A stretch of 64,000 nucleotides of DNA. Source: an uncultured Gammaproteobacteria bacterium (GTDB lineage: Bacteria; Pseudomonadota; Gammaproteobacteria; UBA4575). The stretch lies in contig OX638335.1 of the NCBI GenBank assembly GCA_951812785.1, positions 135,630-199,629 on the forward strand, read 5' to 3'. The position numbers were made by a program, and so were the translations under genes. Shown piece after piece: positions 21,338 through 32,568 of this stretch. Below the pieces are notes generated by a model. That model was not told the DNA's origin. It saw only the letters and a program-made list of their open reading frames with translations, and did no database searches. The first letter of the stretch is position 1; each line of letters starts with the position of its first letter.

Positions 21338-22234
21338 TTAGTGAGCTGCGAGTTTTTTCCACTTCTCGCGGCGTATATTTCCAAAACCTATTTCATTGAA
21401 TAGTTCATCGAGCTCTGCAAAATCGCATTGGCCTCGTTCAAGCTCATAATCACCATGTAATGTTTCTGCATCACATTTAATTTCAGTCAATTTTTTACAC
21501 AGCAAAATCATTTCTTGATGCTCGTGGATTAAGCTTTGGATTCGTTTGGCGCCACGAATCTTCATATCGCTAATTGCCGGAATATTTTTTAATAAATTAT
21601 CAATTGACTCAAATTTTGTAAGCAGTCTAGCTGCTGTGGTCATACCGACACCAGGAACACCAGGGATGTTGTCTACTTTGTCTCCTGCTATGGCTAACTG
21701 GTCCGCAATTTGATCCGGGCGCACGCCAAAATGCTCTTTGATTTTTTTCGGAGTAAATCTTCTATCTCTGGCGTAATCCCATAGCATATCGTCTTCTTTG
21801 ATAAGTTGGGCTAAATCTTTATCGGCACTAAGAATGACGACTTCGTGTCCCTCTGCGCGAGCACGTGTAGCTGCTGTACCCAGTAGGTCATCAGCCTCAT
21901 AACGATCGCTACTTAACAGTGGGAATCCAATGGCTTCAACAAAGCGTCGACAGTATTCGAACTGTCGTTTTAATTCATCAGGTGCCGGATCTCTATTCGC
22001 TTTGTAGAGGGGATAAATAGTGTTTCTGAATGAGCTGCTGGTAAGGCTCTGGTCGAATGCAAAAGAAAGGTAGGTAGGCTTGGTTTCCTCTAACAGTCCA
22101 GCAACGAAATCAATGAAGCCATACACTGCATTTACGGGTTCGCCATTATCGTTTGTCAGCGAATCAGGCAGTGTGAACCATGCACGGAAGATATAAATAC
22201 TTGAGTCAATTAAGTAAGCAGTAGATTTGGACAT
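21338..22234 (-). CDS. xni: Flap endonuclease Xni / 5'-3' exonuclease (ExoIX)
   Basis: 298 aa. N-terminal 5'-3' exonuclease domain 'YLIDSSIYIFRAWF', H3TH 'GVPGVGMTTAARLL'. Confidence 0.85.
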   Translation of the reverse strand: MSKSTAYLIDSSIYIFRAWFTLPDSLTNDNGEPVNAVYGFIDFVAGLLEETKPTYLSFAFDQSLTSSSFRNTIYPLYKANRDPAPDELKRQFEYCRRFVEAIGFPLLSSDRYEADDLLGTAATRARAEGHEVVILSADKDLAQLIKEDDMLWDYARDRRFTPKKIKEHFGVRPDQIADQLAIAGDKVDNIPGVPGVGMTTAARLLTKFESIDNLLKNIPAISDMKIRGAKRIQSLIHEHQEMILLCKKLTEIKCDAETLHGDYELERGQCDFAELDELFNEIGFGNIRREKWKKLAAH

Positions 22235-22324
22235 ATTTTAAAAAATTAGCAAAGAGATGGATGTTGAAAGTTGTCACCAACATTCAACATCATACTAGAG
22301 TGTTAGAGATCAAGCGTAGTTCTA

Positions 22325-23773
22325 TTACTCGACTATTTTAATAAGCTGGCCAGGAATCGGTTCGCCATTAGGGTACATGCCATTTATTAAACGTAGCTGT
22401 TCTTCAGGGTACGAAGAAAGAGGAGAGTTTTTCGCTAATTTTGCAAATGTATCGCCTTTTTTAGCGGTAGTTAATTTAATTTTACGCGCTTTGGCAAGAG
22501 AGCGCTCATTGCTTCTTAGTTGGCGTAGACTATTCACCGTGGTTAGAAAATCTCTGTCATGCTTTTTAAGCAATGTTGGATCTTTAGCAGCGGCCAAGAA
22601 TTGGTATACCTGTTTGCCTTTAAATACAGCAGCGATACGAGTATCTTGATTACCAAAAGGCGTTTTTGTTCTAGTGATGGCTGTGTAACCTTTAAATGAT
22701 TCTGTCACCACTTCTTGCTCGCTACGTAGATTATTTCCGAACTCGCTTTCAATAAACTGTCTAGGAGATTGGCGTTTATTTAGATCACGTAATGTAATTT
22801 GCATGACCGCATCTTTAGTTTTGTTTGCTGCAATTAATCGGTCAGGTAAATTATCAACTTTCCATCCTAGTGGGAAAGTAAGTGTGATGTCTAGGTCCTT
22901 GTGATAAAACTTATTACCGCGTAAGACGCCATCTTTTTCACTGGCACCTAGTGCCATTCCATTGGTTAGCTTCAAGAATTCGCCATTGTTGTCACGATTA
23001 TTTTTGGAGCGAAATTTATTAGCAGCGCGGATAACTTCTTGTAAGCGTTTGTCATTGGAAGGATGAGTGGAGAACGTGCCATGGTAGGCACGAGGTTCAC
23101 GACCTTCCTCTTTAGCTATTTGTTTATCAAACGCTTCTTGAGACGCAAGAATGCCTACAACATTAATCATCTCTTCGGGGTCGTAGCCAACTCTTGCAAG
23201 ATATTCCGCGCCGAGTCGGTCTGCTTCTAATTCATGTTCTCTACCGTAACTTCTTATCAAAGCTGTTCCAGCGATATTAGTCGCATTAGCTATTTCCCTT
23301 GATCCGGTCGCAATGGCAACTGCAGTGGATAAAATTCCCGCGACCTGCGCAGAGCTTTGTTGGCGCACACCATGTCTTGCAGTGACGTGACCTATTTCAT
23401 GACCAAGCACGCCGGCTAATTCTGCTTCAGAATTTATATAAGCCATAATGCCGCGTGTAATGTAGACATAACCTCCGGGCAGTGCGAAAGCGTTCACTTG
23501 CGGGCTGTCAAGAACGGTGACATGGAATAACAATTGGTCGCGATGACTTTTGGCCGATAGTTCTTCGACTAAATTGCTGACGTATTCTTGTAGAGCGGGA
23601 TCATCGTAAACTGAATATTGCTGAAGAATCTGTTTATGTGCTTTACGACCTAGACTGATTTCTTGTTCTTCAGACATTAGGACAAAATCCTGCTTGCCTG
23701 TCACTGGGTTAGCTGCACAACCCCCTAAGTAAGCTGCAGTAATGAAAATTAACAGTGCGTAAACTTTATTCAT
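22325..23773 (-). CDS. M48-family zinc metallopeptidase lipoprotein with C-terminal LysM domain
   Basis: Lipobox 'LGGCAA', HExxH 'GHEIGHVTARH', C-terminal LysM ('GDTFAKLAKNSPLS...LRLINGM'). Confidence 0.8.
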   Translation of the reverse strand: MNKVYALLIFITAAYLGGCAANPVTGKQDFVLMSEEQEISLGRKAHKQILQQYSVYDDPALQEYVSNLVEELSAKSHRDQLLFHVTVLDSPQVNAFALPGGYVYITRGIMAYINSEAELAGVLGHEIGHVTARHGVRQQSSAQVAGILSTAVAIATGSREIANATNIAGTALIRSYGREHELEADRLGAEYLARVGYDPEEMINVVGILASQEAFDKQIAKEEGREPRAYHGTFSTHPSNDKRLQEVIRAANKFRSKNNRDNNGEFLKLTNGMALGASEKDGVLRGNKFYHKDLDITLTFPLGWKVDNLPDRLIAANKTKDAVMQITLRDLNKRQSPRQFIESEFGNNLRSEQEVVTESFKGYTAITRTKTPFGNQDTRIAAVFKGKQVYQFLAAAKDPTLLKKHDRDFLTTVNSLRQLRSNERSLAKARKIKLTTAKKGDTFAKLAKNSPLSSYPEEQLRLINGMYPNGEPIPGQLIKIVE

Positions 23774-23930
23774 GATGATTCCATCGTTTGACTACAAAAA
23801 TTTTGTACAATTGTATCAGCAAGCCATGATAAAACAGCTTGATAATTAATCATTGGACGAGAGAATGCGTTAGCAGTTCCAAATAGAACTGTAGATAGCG
23901 AAGGTGTGTGAGAGGAGTGCAGCTAAAAGC

Positions 23931-24137
23931 CTATTTTTTTCCGTAGCGACGACGGAATTTATCAACCTGTCCAGCAGTATCTAAGATTTTCTGTTTGCCA
24001 GTGTAGAATGGATGACACTTTGCACAGACATCAATGCTCATTGAGTCATTGCTGTACGTTGATTGCGTCTCAAATGAGTTTCCACAACTACAGTTAATCG
24101 CGACAGTTTTATATTCTGGGTGAATCTCGGGTTTCAT
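23931..24137 (-). CDS. rpmE: 50S ribosomal protein L31
   Basis: '[27 protein letters not shown]...[13 protein letters not shown]'. Confidence 0.95.
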   Translation of the reverse strand: MKPEIHPEYKTVAINCSCGNSFETQSTYSNDSMSIDVCAKCHPFYTGKQKILDTAGQVDKFRRRYGKK

Positions 24138-24282
24138 CTGTACTGGCCTAGAAAATTGAGCGCGAACTATAATCTATTCTTACTATTTCTGGCAAGTACC
24201 CGATTGATTAAATATAGCCTCTACAGTTAATGTAATCATTGAGTATTTGCGCTAAGTGGTTGTCCAGTTTAGAGTTCGTGAC

Positions 24283-24314
24283 TTATCCACAAAATCTGTG
24301 GATAAAATTGTGTG
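24283..24314. promoter_or_regulatory. Palindromic DnaA-box-like operator (copy B) upstream of rpmE
   Basis: 'TTATCCACAaaatcTGTGGATAAaattgtgtg'. 22 of 24 central positions are identical to copy A at 17776. Confidence 0.4.
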
Positions 24315-24534
24315 TAAATATTCAAAGTAAGGCTATTTCTCGAGTTTCAATAATAGTTTGTTAGATCGTCTAAAATTTGCACACTATTTTAACCTATTGA
24401 TATATAAGGAATAAATTATATTATATCAGTTAAGTGATGGTTTATTTTATGTCTTGTATATACATTTTGCGTAGATCTTTTTTTGCTGTGTATAACATAG
24501 TCCATTCTTGCTAGTTATTTGCTCAAAATTAGCA

Positions 24535-24726
24535 CTATTCATCGGCACGAAAGCAACGAAATAGCGGCAATTCTCCTTCTGAGCGAGAAGTTAATTTTAT
24601 TAAAATTGGCTGGCAACATACCTGACAGTCTTCGTAGTAATGCTGATCAGTATCCAGAGGTTCAAATAAGAGCTCGATGAATTCTCCGCAATAAGGACAT
24701 GAAGCTGTTGTGCTTTCTAGAAACAT
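24535..24726 (-). CDS. CPXCG-motif cysteine-rich small protein
   Basis: 'MFLESTTASCPYCGEFIELL...CQVCCQPILIKL'. Its start overlaps the hemW stop (ATGA). Confidence 0.6.
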   Translation of the reverse strand: MFLESTTASCPYCGEFIELLFEPLDTDQHYYEDCQVCCQPILIKLTSRSEGELPLFRCFRADE

Positions 24727-25892
24727 TATTGATTGGGTAAAAATCGTTGAGTGAGTTCGTCTAGATATTGATAGCCATGAGCGCTGGCACGATAGCGATG
24801 ATGGGCTTGTTCGATCAATCCCTGTTCTATCTGAGTGTTGACCTGTTGTTCTACGTGTGACCAAGGTAACCCAGTGGTGGTGGAAAAGGTATCTGAAGTA
24901 AACCCATCCACGAGACGTAAGTTATTGAGCATAAATTCAAAAATCAACTGATCACTAGTGGCTAGGTGTTGCTGCAAAACGTGAGACTGATTGCTAACAG
25001 CTTGCATATAACTGTCTGGTTGCCTTGTGCGCTGATTGCGTAGGATGCCATCATGAGTGGTGATCTTGCTATGGGCACCTGCTCCGATACCCAGATAATC
25101 ACCATACTGCCAGTAATTAGTATTGTGAACACACTGGGCATGTTCTTGTGCATAAGCCGAGACTTCATAGCGTTGATATTCAGCCCTTTCTAATATTTTT
25201 AAGCCATTGCTTTGAATCTCCCAATTAGTGTCTTCGTTAGGCAGCTGAGGCGGGAAGCGATGAAATATTGTATTCGGTTCAAGTGTGAGTTGGTAATAGG
25301 AAATGTGGCTGACCTCTTGATTGCACGCAGTTTGAATGTCGGTGAATGCCTCTTCGATAGACTGACTGGGTAAGCCAAACATCAGATCTACATTAATATT
25401 CTGAAAGCCAATTTTGTGTGCTGTTTGCAAGGCGTGGATGGCTTCGTCGGCATTATGAATGCGTCCTAATGCAGTCAGATGTTTATCGTTAAAGCTTTGA
25501 GCTCCTATCGAAATACGGTTAATACCTGCTGATCGAAATTCTGCAAATTTCTGATATTCAAATGTGCCTGGGTTGGTTTCCAACGTAATTTCGCATCGGT
25601 CTTTTAGCTGAGTCACATTTGCACAAGTGGATAATATTTTTGCGATCGACTCAGGTGAAAACAAACTCGGTGTCCCACCACCAATAAAGATAGACCGCAC
25701 TTCGCGACCATCAATAAGGGTTGCTGCTTGAGTTAGATCTGCAATTAATTGCTTTGTATACAGGTGTTCGGGAAATTGATTGGGTGCGGTTGCATGCGAA
25801 TTAAAATCGCAATAGGCACATTTGTGGAGACACCAGGGCAAGTGGATATAAATGCTTACTGGTTGTTGCCGCATTAAGTAAGCAGATTTCAT
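24726..25892 (-). CDS. hemW: Radical SAM heme chaperone HemW (YggW)
   Basis: 'YIHLPWCLHKCAYCDFNS' (CxxxCxxC) plus a HemN-like C-terminus. Confidence 0.9.
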   Translation of the reverse strand: MKSAYLMRQQPVSIYIHLPWCLHKCAYCDFNSHATAPNQFPEHLYTKQLIADLTQAATLIDGREVRSIFIGGGTPSLFSPESIAKILSTCANVTQLKDRCEITLETNPGTFEYQKFAEFRSAGINRISIGAQSFNDKHLTALGRIHNADEAIHALQTAHKIGFQNINVDLMFGLPSQSIEEAFTDIQTACNQEVSHISYYQLTLEPNTIFHRFPPQLPNEDTNWEIQSNGLKILERAEYQRYEVSAYAQEHAQCVHNTNYWQYGDYLGIGAGAHSKITTHDGILRNQRTRQPDSYMQAVSNQSHVLQQHLATSDQLIFEFMLNNLRLVDGFTSDTFSTTTGLPWSHVEQQVNTQIEQGLIEQAHHRYRASAHGYQYLDELTQRFLPNQ

Positions 25893-25896
25893 GTGT

Positions 25897-26526
25897 TTAC
25901 ATACGGTTTAGGAATGCTGGAAATTTTTCTGCCAATTCGCGCAATGCTTGACCACGATGACTCAAACTGTTTTTGATTTCAGGTGACAATTCGGCAGAAG
26001 TACAACCAAGGGTGGGGACAAAAAACAGTGGGTCGTAACCAAATCCATTTGCCCCAGTTTCTTGCTCTACAATGATACCTTCCCATGTGCCGCTACATAT
26101 CAGAGGCGTGGGATCTTTTGCGTGGCGCATTAATACAATCACGCACTGGAAGCGTGCTGTTCTTTTTTCTTTAGGGACACCTTTTAGTACAGCCAATAAC
26201 TTATTGTTATTGGCCTGATTGTCACACGGTTGACCTGCATATCGTGCAGAATAAATGCCAGGGGCGCCTTCAAGGTAATCTACTTCTATCCCTGAATCAT
26301 CAGCCATGGCGATTAAACCGGTATGTTCAGCTGCGTGGCGCGCTTTGATTAAAGCATTCTCAACAAAAGTTAAGCCAGTTTCATAAGCGTCACTGATATT
26401 CCACTCTACTTGAGGGACAAGCTCATAAGGCTGGTCGTTAAAAATAGCTTGGATCTCACGCAACTTACCTTGATTACTACTGGCTAAAACGATTTTTTGT
26501 CGAGTTTCTTGAATCATGCAAGACAC
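25897..26526 (-). CDS. rdgB: dITP/XTP pyrophosphatase
   Basis: Ham1 family: '[15 protein letters not shown]', '[21 protein letters not shown]', 'GFGYDPLF'. Its start overlaps the rph stop. Confidence 0.9.
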   Translation of the reverse strand: MSCMIQETRQKIVLASSNQGKLREIQAIFNDQPYELVPQVEWNISDAYETGLTFVENALIKARHAAEHTGLIAMADDSGIEVDYLEGAPGIYSARYAGQPCDNQANNNKLLAVLKGVPKEKRTARFQCVIVLMRHAKDPTPLICSGTWEGIIVEQETGANGFGYDPLFFVPTLGCTSAELSPEIKNSLSHRGQALRELAEKFPAFLNRM

Positions 26527-27239
26527 TGTTTTTGTTTTTCGATAATGGAATTAATGCCTGATTTCCCTAGCGCTAGCATTTGTTGTAATTCTTGATCATC
26601 AAAGCAGTGACCTTCAGCCGTTCCCTGAACTTCTATGAATTTTTGCTGCTCAGTCATGACAATGTTCATGTCAGTATCTGCATTGGAGTCTTCTGCATAA
26701 TCAAGATCTAACACTGGATTTTGTTCAAAGATTCCCACAGAGACTGACGCGACAAACCATTGCACAGGATTTTGCTTGAGAGCGCCTGCGTCAACCAGAG
26801 ACTGAATAGCATCATGCAGTGCGACGAATCCGCCACTGATGGAGGCAGTACGAGAGCCACCATCTGCCTGAATAACATCGCAATCGACAGTAATGGTATT
26901 TTCACCTAATAGGCGTAAGTCAACAGCGGCGCGTAGGGAGCGACCAATTAAACGTTGGATTTCTTGAGTGCGACCGCCTTGCTTACCACTGCTGGCTTCA
27001 CGGCGCATGCGTGAGCCGGTTGAACGTGGCAACATGCCGTATTCTGCAGTGATCCAGCCTTTACCTTGATCACGCATCCAAGGGGGAACCCTGGGCTCAA
27101 TAGAAGCGTTGCATAGTACTTTGGTATCACCACACTCTACGAGTACTGATCCTTCTGCATGCTTGGTATAGTTGCGTGTAAATTGAATGTCACGCAGTTG
27201 TTCTGGGGTACGGCCACTAGGTCGTGTGCTGGGTCGCAT
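26514..27239 (-). CDS. rph: Ribonuclease PH
   Basis: High identity to E. coli Rph ('[15 protein letters not shown]', '[16 protein letters not shown]'). The start is taken at MRPSTRPS. Confidence 0.9.
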   Translation of the reverse strand: MRPSTRPSGRTPEQLRDIQFTRNYTKHAEGSVLVECGDTKVLCNASIEPRVPPWMRDQGKGWITAEYGMLPRSTGSRMRREASSGKQGGRTQEIQRLIGRSLRAAVDLRLLGENTITVDCDVIQADGGSRTASISGGFVALHDAIQSLVDAGALKQNPVQWFVASVSVGIFEQNPVLDLDYAEDSNADTDMNIVMTEQQKFIEVQGTAEGHCFDDQELQQMLALGKSGINSIIEKQKQCLA

Positions 27240-27324
27240 AGATTTCTCCATATTGTCGAAGGCGCGCATTATACGAAATTTAGCTAGGCCCGGTAGAATA
27301 ATTAAGAATTATTAAGGAGATAAC

Positions 27325-28192
27325 ATGCTTAAAAGCATGACCGCGTTTGCGCGTGTCGATGAGAACCATCCAAAGGGTAATTTTGTATGGGAAGTGCGTT
27401 CGATTAATCACCGTTATCTAGAGGTTGGCTTTCGCTTGCCGGAAGAATTGAGGTCATCTGAATTTGACTTGCGCAAGCAAGTACAGAATTTATTGAGCCG
27501 AGGAAAAGTGGATTGCACATTCCGTTTGAAAGCGACTGCAAATTCTGATGTTAACTTAAGCATTAATGAAAAATTGCTCGACAGTTTATTGGAACAAACA
27601 CAAATTTTACGCAAGAAATCACCAGACATCGCTGCGCCTAATCCAGTGGAGTTGCTTAATTGGCCCGGTGTAACAGAACAAGCACAAATTGACCAATCAG
27701 AATTGACTAAAACAGCTAAACAATTATTTGATCGAGCAATTAAGTCGTTAATCAAAAATCGAAAGATGGAAGGTGATCGAATGCGTGAACTGATTGCGCA
27801 ACGTGGTAGTCAATTATAAAGTATTGGTCGCGACTGTTCGGGAATGTCGCCCTGAAGTGTTGTCTGCAATAAGAGCTAAGCTAACGACACGTATAGAAGA
27901 GATGAAGGTAGATATAGACTCCAATCGTTTCGAGCAAGAGTTGGTTATGATTGCGCAGAAGTTGGATGTTGATGAAGAGTTAGATCGTTTGGATAGTCAC
28001 TTAACTGAATTAGAAGATGTATTAGCTAGTAACAAACCGGTAGGACGACGTTTAGATTTTCTTATGCAGGAATTAAACAGGGAAGCGAACACATTGAGTT
28101 CAAAATCGGCTGACATTGTGACAACACAAGCTGCTGTTGATATGAAAGTGAATATTGAGCAGATGCGCGAACAGGTGCAGAATATTGAATGA
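27325..28192 (+). CDS. yicC: YicC-family protein, apparently split by a single-base frameshift near 27800-27830
   Basis: The N-terminal 164 aa (27325-27819) and C-terminal 132 aa (27794-28192) align collinearly to E. coli YicC (ending '...IEQMREQVQNIE'). Confidence 0.8.
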
Positions 28193-28377
28193 TTTTTCTG
28201 ATTGTTTCTAAGTCTTTCATTCCACACTTAAGTCCCATAAATAGGGGCTTTTTTATTTCGCCCTGTTTATAAGTGTCACTCTATGTTTCAAAATAGTGGT
28301 GACATAAAAACGTGCCACCACTGAAAATCAGCTAATTATGGCTTTCTGTCACCACTCATTAGTAAAGAGGGGGCAGC

Positions 28378-29657
28378 ATGGCCGCAAAACTAAACGACAA
28401 ACAAGTTAAATCGCTTCTACGCAAAGGAGAGCCGGGACGTTTCGCCGCTGGTAGCGGGCTTTATTTCCGTGTCAGCAATGAAGGCTCCGGCTTTTAGGTG
28501 GTTCGCTACACTGCCAAAGGTAAGCGCCGCGAGATTACCCTAGAGAAATACCCTAGAGAAATACCCAGAGCTATCGCTGGCGAACGCCGCAGCAGAGACC
28601 GCAAGGTTAAAAGCCGATGTTAAGCAGGGCATTGACCCGCTAGCAGAAAAGAAGCGCCCGGACGGGGTAAAGATTCAAACCGTTAACGACCTGCCCACTG
28701 ATTGGCTCAAGAACGACATAGAGAAACGGCTAAAGCACCCCCGGATTCCCCGCCGAGTTTATGAGAACGACCTGGCCCCCCGCTTCGGTGAGTTATCCCT
28801 AAACCGTGTAAGCCCCCTTGATATACGCCACGCTATTGAGGCCATAGCCGCCGACGGGCGGCCTACCGTTGCCAATGACGCGCTAGGCTACTGTAAGCAA
28901 CTTTTCCGCCACGGCATCCGCTTAGACTTGATTAAATCCAATCCGGCGGACGCTTTCACAGTTCACCATGCGGGCGGAGTCGAACAGAGCCGGAGCCGAG
29001 CGCTATCTATCGACGAGCTAAAAACGGTATTCCAGATATTCCGAGATAACTCCGACCAGTTCACCCGAGAGAACTACCTGGCCGCTGCATTGCTGTTAGT
29101 CCTGGGCGTTTGTAAAGGCGAGCTAATCGCGGCTAAATGGAATGAGTTTAGCGACGACGGCAAGCTGTGGAATATTCCCGAGGAACGTAGCAAAACGGGC
29201 GTAGCTATCACTATCCCGCTTCCTTCCGTTGCTACCGACTGGCTCCAAGAATTGCATATGAGGGCATGTGGTTCGGAGTACGTATTCCCCGCTCGTCGTG
29301 CAAGTAAGCGCCGGGGCTATATCAGTGACGATACGTTAAACCATGTACTGGCTAAGCTCTTTGGTTTAAAGGTGCGCCCTGGGGAGCCACCCGCTAACAA
29401 GCTAAGTGAGGCGGGCATGGAGCACCTTGACTATTCACGACTTACGCCGAACGTGTCGAAGTTTATTAGCGGGTGCGGGTGTTGCCGGTCACGTTGCCGA
29501 GCGCTGCCTTAACCACAAGCTAAAAGGCGTTGAAGGTATTTACGACCGCTACGACTACCTCGACGAACGCCGCGAAGCATTACAAAAAATAGCCGACCAA
29601 CTCGCGCCAGCTATCAACCCTAGATCGAACGTAACTAGCTTTAGAAAGGGGGCTTAA
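28378..29657 (+). pseudogene. int: P4-type tyrosine integrase with three or more lesions
   Basis: N-terminal DUF4102-like 'LYFRVSNEGSGF' is followed by an in-frame TAG at 28495. A 13-bp tandem duplication 'ctagagaaatacc' x2 at 28541-28566 shifts the frame. A further shift near 29400 puts the catalytic C-terminus 'HDLRRT...GVEGIYDRYDY' in a separate frame. Confidence 0.85.
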
Positions 29658-29661
29658 GATC

Positions 29662-30246
29662 ATGGCTATGGATAACGAAACAGGCCGATTATATGAGCCA
29701 TTGTTACACCGTGGCGGAAAGATCATAGAGCGTAAAAATGTTTCTCTAAGCGATTCGGGCCGCTATATGCGCTGGATTGCCGAAACGCTGGCAGATTCAT
29801 TTGACCGCAAGCGCCGCCCTCCGTACCAGCTTCTAATGGAGCTAATCCCTGTGTTAATGGAAGCAGCCGAAAAAGCGGAACTTGCGGACGAATTGCACAG
29901 GCTTAGAGAGAATAACGTAGACTCTACGCGAGCCTTTGAAAAGGCAAAGGACGAAGCGCTTAACTCGTTGCTTTCTGGCTTCGGCTTGATAACACAAAAA
30001 GGTGGCGCAACAGGGAGCGCGGAAAAACAAGAGCGGCAGAGGTCGCCGGCTAGCTGCTTCTTTCTGGGAAGTCATAAAGTTTATGGACGAACTCAAGAAC
30101 GGCAGCGAATCCGGGCTTTCTACTCGGGGAGCAGCAAAGCAAGCCGCCGAAGCCTTCGGGATTGGCGAATCGACGGCCCGCCGCTACTGGACTCAATACG
30201 AAGAACTTCTTTTGCAAAACGAAGAGTAAGAACCACGCTCCTATAA
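29662..30246 (+). CDS. Hypothetical island protein; C-terminal HTH-like segment is in the overlapping +1 frame (30002-30229)
   Basis: ORF track only: a 194-aa ORF and a 75-aa ORF overlap in different frames. They may be one frameshifted gene or two genes. Confidence 0.3.
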   Translation: MAMDNETGRLYEPLLHRGGKIIERKNVSLSDSGRYMRWIAETLADSFDRKRRPPYQLLMELIPVLMEAAEKAELADELHRLRENNVDSTRAFEKAKDEALNSLLSGFGLITQKGGATGSAEKQERQRSPASCFFLGSHKVYGRTQERQRIRAFYSGSSKASRRSLRDWRIDGPPLLDSIRRTSFAKRRVRTTLL

Positions 30247-30329
30247 CTGGCTCAAAAGGTCGTATTTTTTCGAGCCAGCCGCCCCCGCAACAATGAGCAC
30301 CATGTAAGAACAAACAGCATGGTGCAGAA

Positions 30330-30527
30330 ATGAATACACAACAGCAAACCAACCCCGACCGCATTATCGCGCGCGCCCAATTCCGCGAGCTTACTGGTGT
30401 AAGTCGTACTACAGAATATTGCTTAAACCAGGAAGGAAAGCTCCCCGCCCTCGTTGAAGTTAACGGGCGCGTCCTGGGCTACCTAGAATCCGCTTATAAC
30501 GCTTGGCTTAAGCAATATTCAGCTTAA
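30330..30527 (+). CDS. alpA: AlpA-family phage regulatory protein (excisionase-like HTH)
   Basis: 65 aa '..FRELTGVSRTTEYCLNQEGKLPALVEVNGRVLGYLESAYNAWL', the AlpA/Xis HTH pattern. Confidence 0.7.
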   Translation: MNTQQQTNPDRIIARAQFRELTGVSRTTEYCLNQEGKLPALVEVNGRVLGYLESAYNAWLKQYSA

Positions 30528-30576
30528 GGGACGTTGAGCGATTAGCCAAGCTCCGTAACGCCGGGAGAGCGTTCTA

Positions 30577-32157
30577 ATGCAGCAGCTCCCCGAGGCACTA
30601 CAACCACTAGCCGTTTATCCTCAGTTCATACTGTGGAAGTTGGCAGAAAGAAACGGTAAGCGCGTAAAGCTACCCATTGATTATAGAACCGCAGCCGTTG
30701 GCGATGCGCCCGTGTTTACAGCGGCCATAGACAGCCACTTGAGCAGGTGCGACGAGAACCAATAACAAGCGTTACTTATCGCACTGGCCACCAGCTACTA
30801 GCTCCCACTCAGCAGGCCGAACACTTCGCGGGGTGCGTGTATATGCGTGATCGCCACCGGGTATTTACTCCCGACGGTGATCAACTCAACCCTGAACGAT
30901 TTAACGCCACCTATGGCGGCTATAGCTTCATTGTGAGCGAAGACAGCAAGACGACGCGTAAAGCTTGGGAAGCCTTTACCGAGTCACAAACCGTTAGCTA
31001 CCCGTGGGCGCATGGTCCCTGCTTCCGTCCGGAAACGCCAACGGGGGAGATAATCACCGAGGGCGGGCGGCTTGTGAATATCTACGTGCCTGCTCAAGGC
31101 GAGAAAATAGCCGGTGACGTTACGCCGTTCCTAGACCACGTAAAACGAATGCTACCGCAAGAAAGCGACCAAGAAATATTCCTTTCATATTTGGCCGCTT
31201 GCATACAGAAACCCGGCGTTAAATTTCAATGGTGCATTGTAATGCAAGGCGCGGAAGGTAACGGGAAAACCGTTTTTTACCATGTGTTGGCCTATGCCCT
31301 GGGCGAGCGTTACGCACACCTACCGAATGCGGCGGAGATAACCAACCCTTTCAATAGCTGGCTAGAACAAAAGCTAATTATCGGTATTGAGGAGCTACAC
31401 ACGGCGGGCCGCCAAGAAGTGGTCGACACACTTAAGCCAATGATCACCAATAAGCGGATAGAAATACACGGTAAAGGCCAGGACCAGAGAACCGGAGACA
31501 GCCGCGCTAACTTCATTATATTTTCAAACCATTAAGGACGCGGTACTTAAAAGCGAAAACGACCGCCGCTATTGCGTGTTCTATACGGCACAGCAGGAAC
31601 CGGGCGACCTCGAACTTAACGGAATGAACGGCGACTACTTCGCCAGCTTGTACGAGTGGTTAGCGTGTGGCGGCTTCGCCCACGTTGCCCACTACCTAGC
31701 TAGCCGCACCGTAACCGTGGACGTAATGGCCCGCGCTCCTGTTACCAGTAGTACCGCCGAGGCCGTCCGTTCTAGCTTAGGTGTAGCCGAGCAGATTACC
31801 CAAGAAGCTATAGACCTTGAGGAATGGGGATTCCGTGGCGGCCTAATCTGCACCAAAGCAGCCGGGGAGCTACTGAAAGCCAACGGCAAGAAACTAAGCC
31901 CCCAGAAAGTGGCGGGCGTACTGGTAAACCTTGGCTACATCAAACACCCAGCACTGGTGAGCAGTGACGGAAAGGTAAGTATTGACGGAGTTAAGCGCCC
32001 TTTATACGTAAAGCGCGGAAACCTAGCCGCCGGACTGTCTTCCCCTACAGCCGTGGCTGCTACTTGGAAGCGGGCACAGGAGGAAGGGCGCGCGGTTCCA
32101 ACTAGCGGAGCGTTCCGAGCTAGTTCCATCTTCTCGGAACCCCCGAAAGCCCCGTAA
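30577..32157 (+). pseudogene. Prim-Pol/D5-like primase-helicase (P4 alpha-like) split across three frames
   Basis: N-terminal Prim-Pol 'YPQFILWKLAERNGKRVKLPIDYRTAA' (30577-30765). Central helicase Walker A 'QGAEGNGKTVFY' (30747-31535). C-terminal part 31576-32157. Frameshifts lie at ~30750 and ~31535. Confidence 0.7.
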
Positions 32158-32568
32158 TTACTAGCTTTAACTCTCTTTAGTTCCAAGGTTCCAAGTAATT
32201 AATAAATAAGAGAGAGAAGTATAGAGAGAGGGCGTAGCGGCTACCCCTTTGGCGGCTACGGGAAGAACTGGCGGATAAGTGGAACCACTCGGAACCGCAG
32301 TGCAAAAACGGCGGAAGCCCAATAGTGACGGGGCTTGTAGCGGTTCCGTCCCGAGTTAATCAACTCGGAACTTTTAACAAAATATTTAACCCGGCCCAGT
32401 TAGCGGCCAACTAATAAACCGGAGCGGTAAAAAATGACCCCGAAAGAGCAACAAGCATTTTTGAAGATGATTTAAAGACATTGAAGCGATGCGGGCCGAC
32501 GTAGCAGAAATGCAAGTCACCATTAACTCAATGATCGGAGCAAACGACAACAAAGGAGATACGGAATA

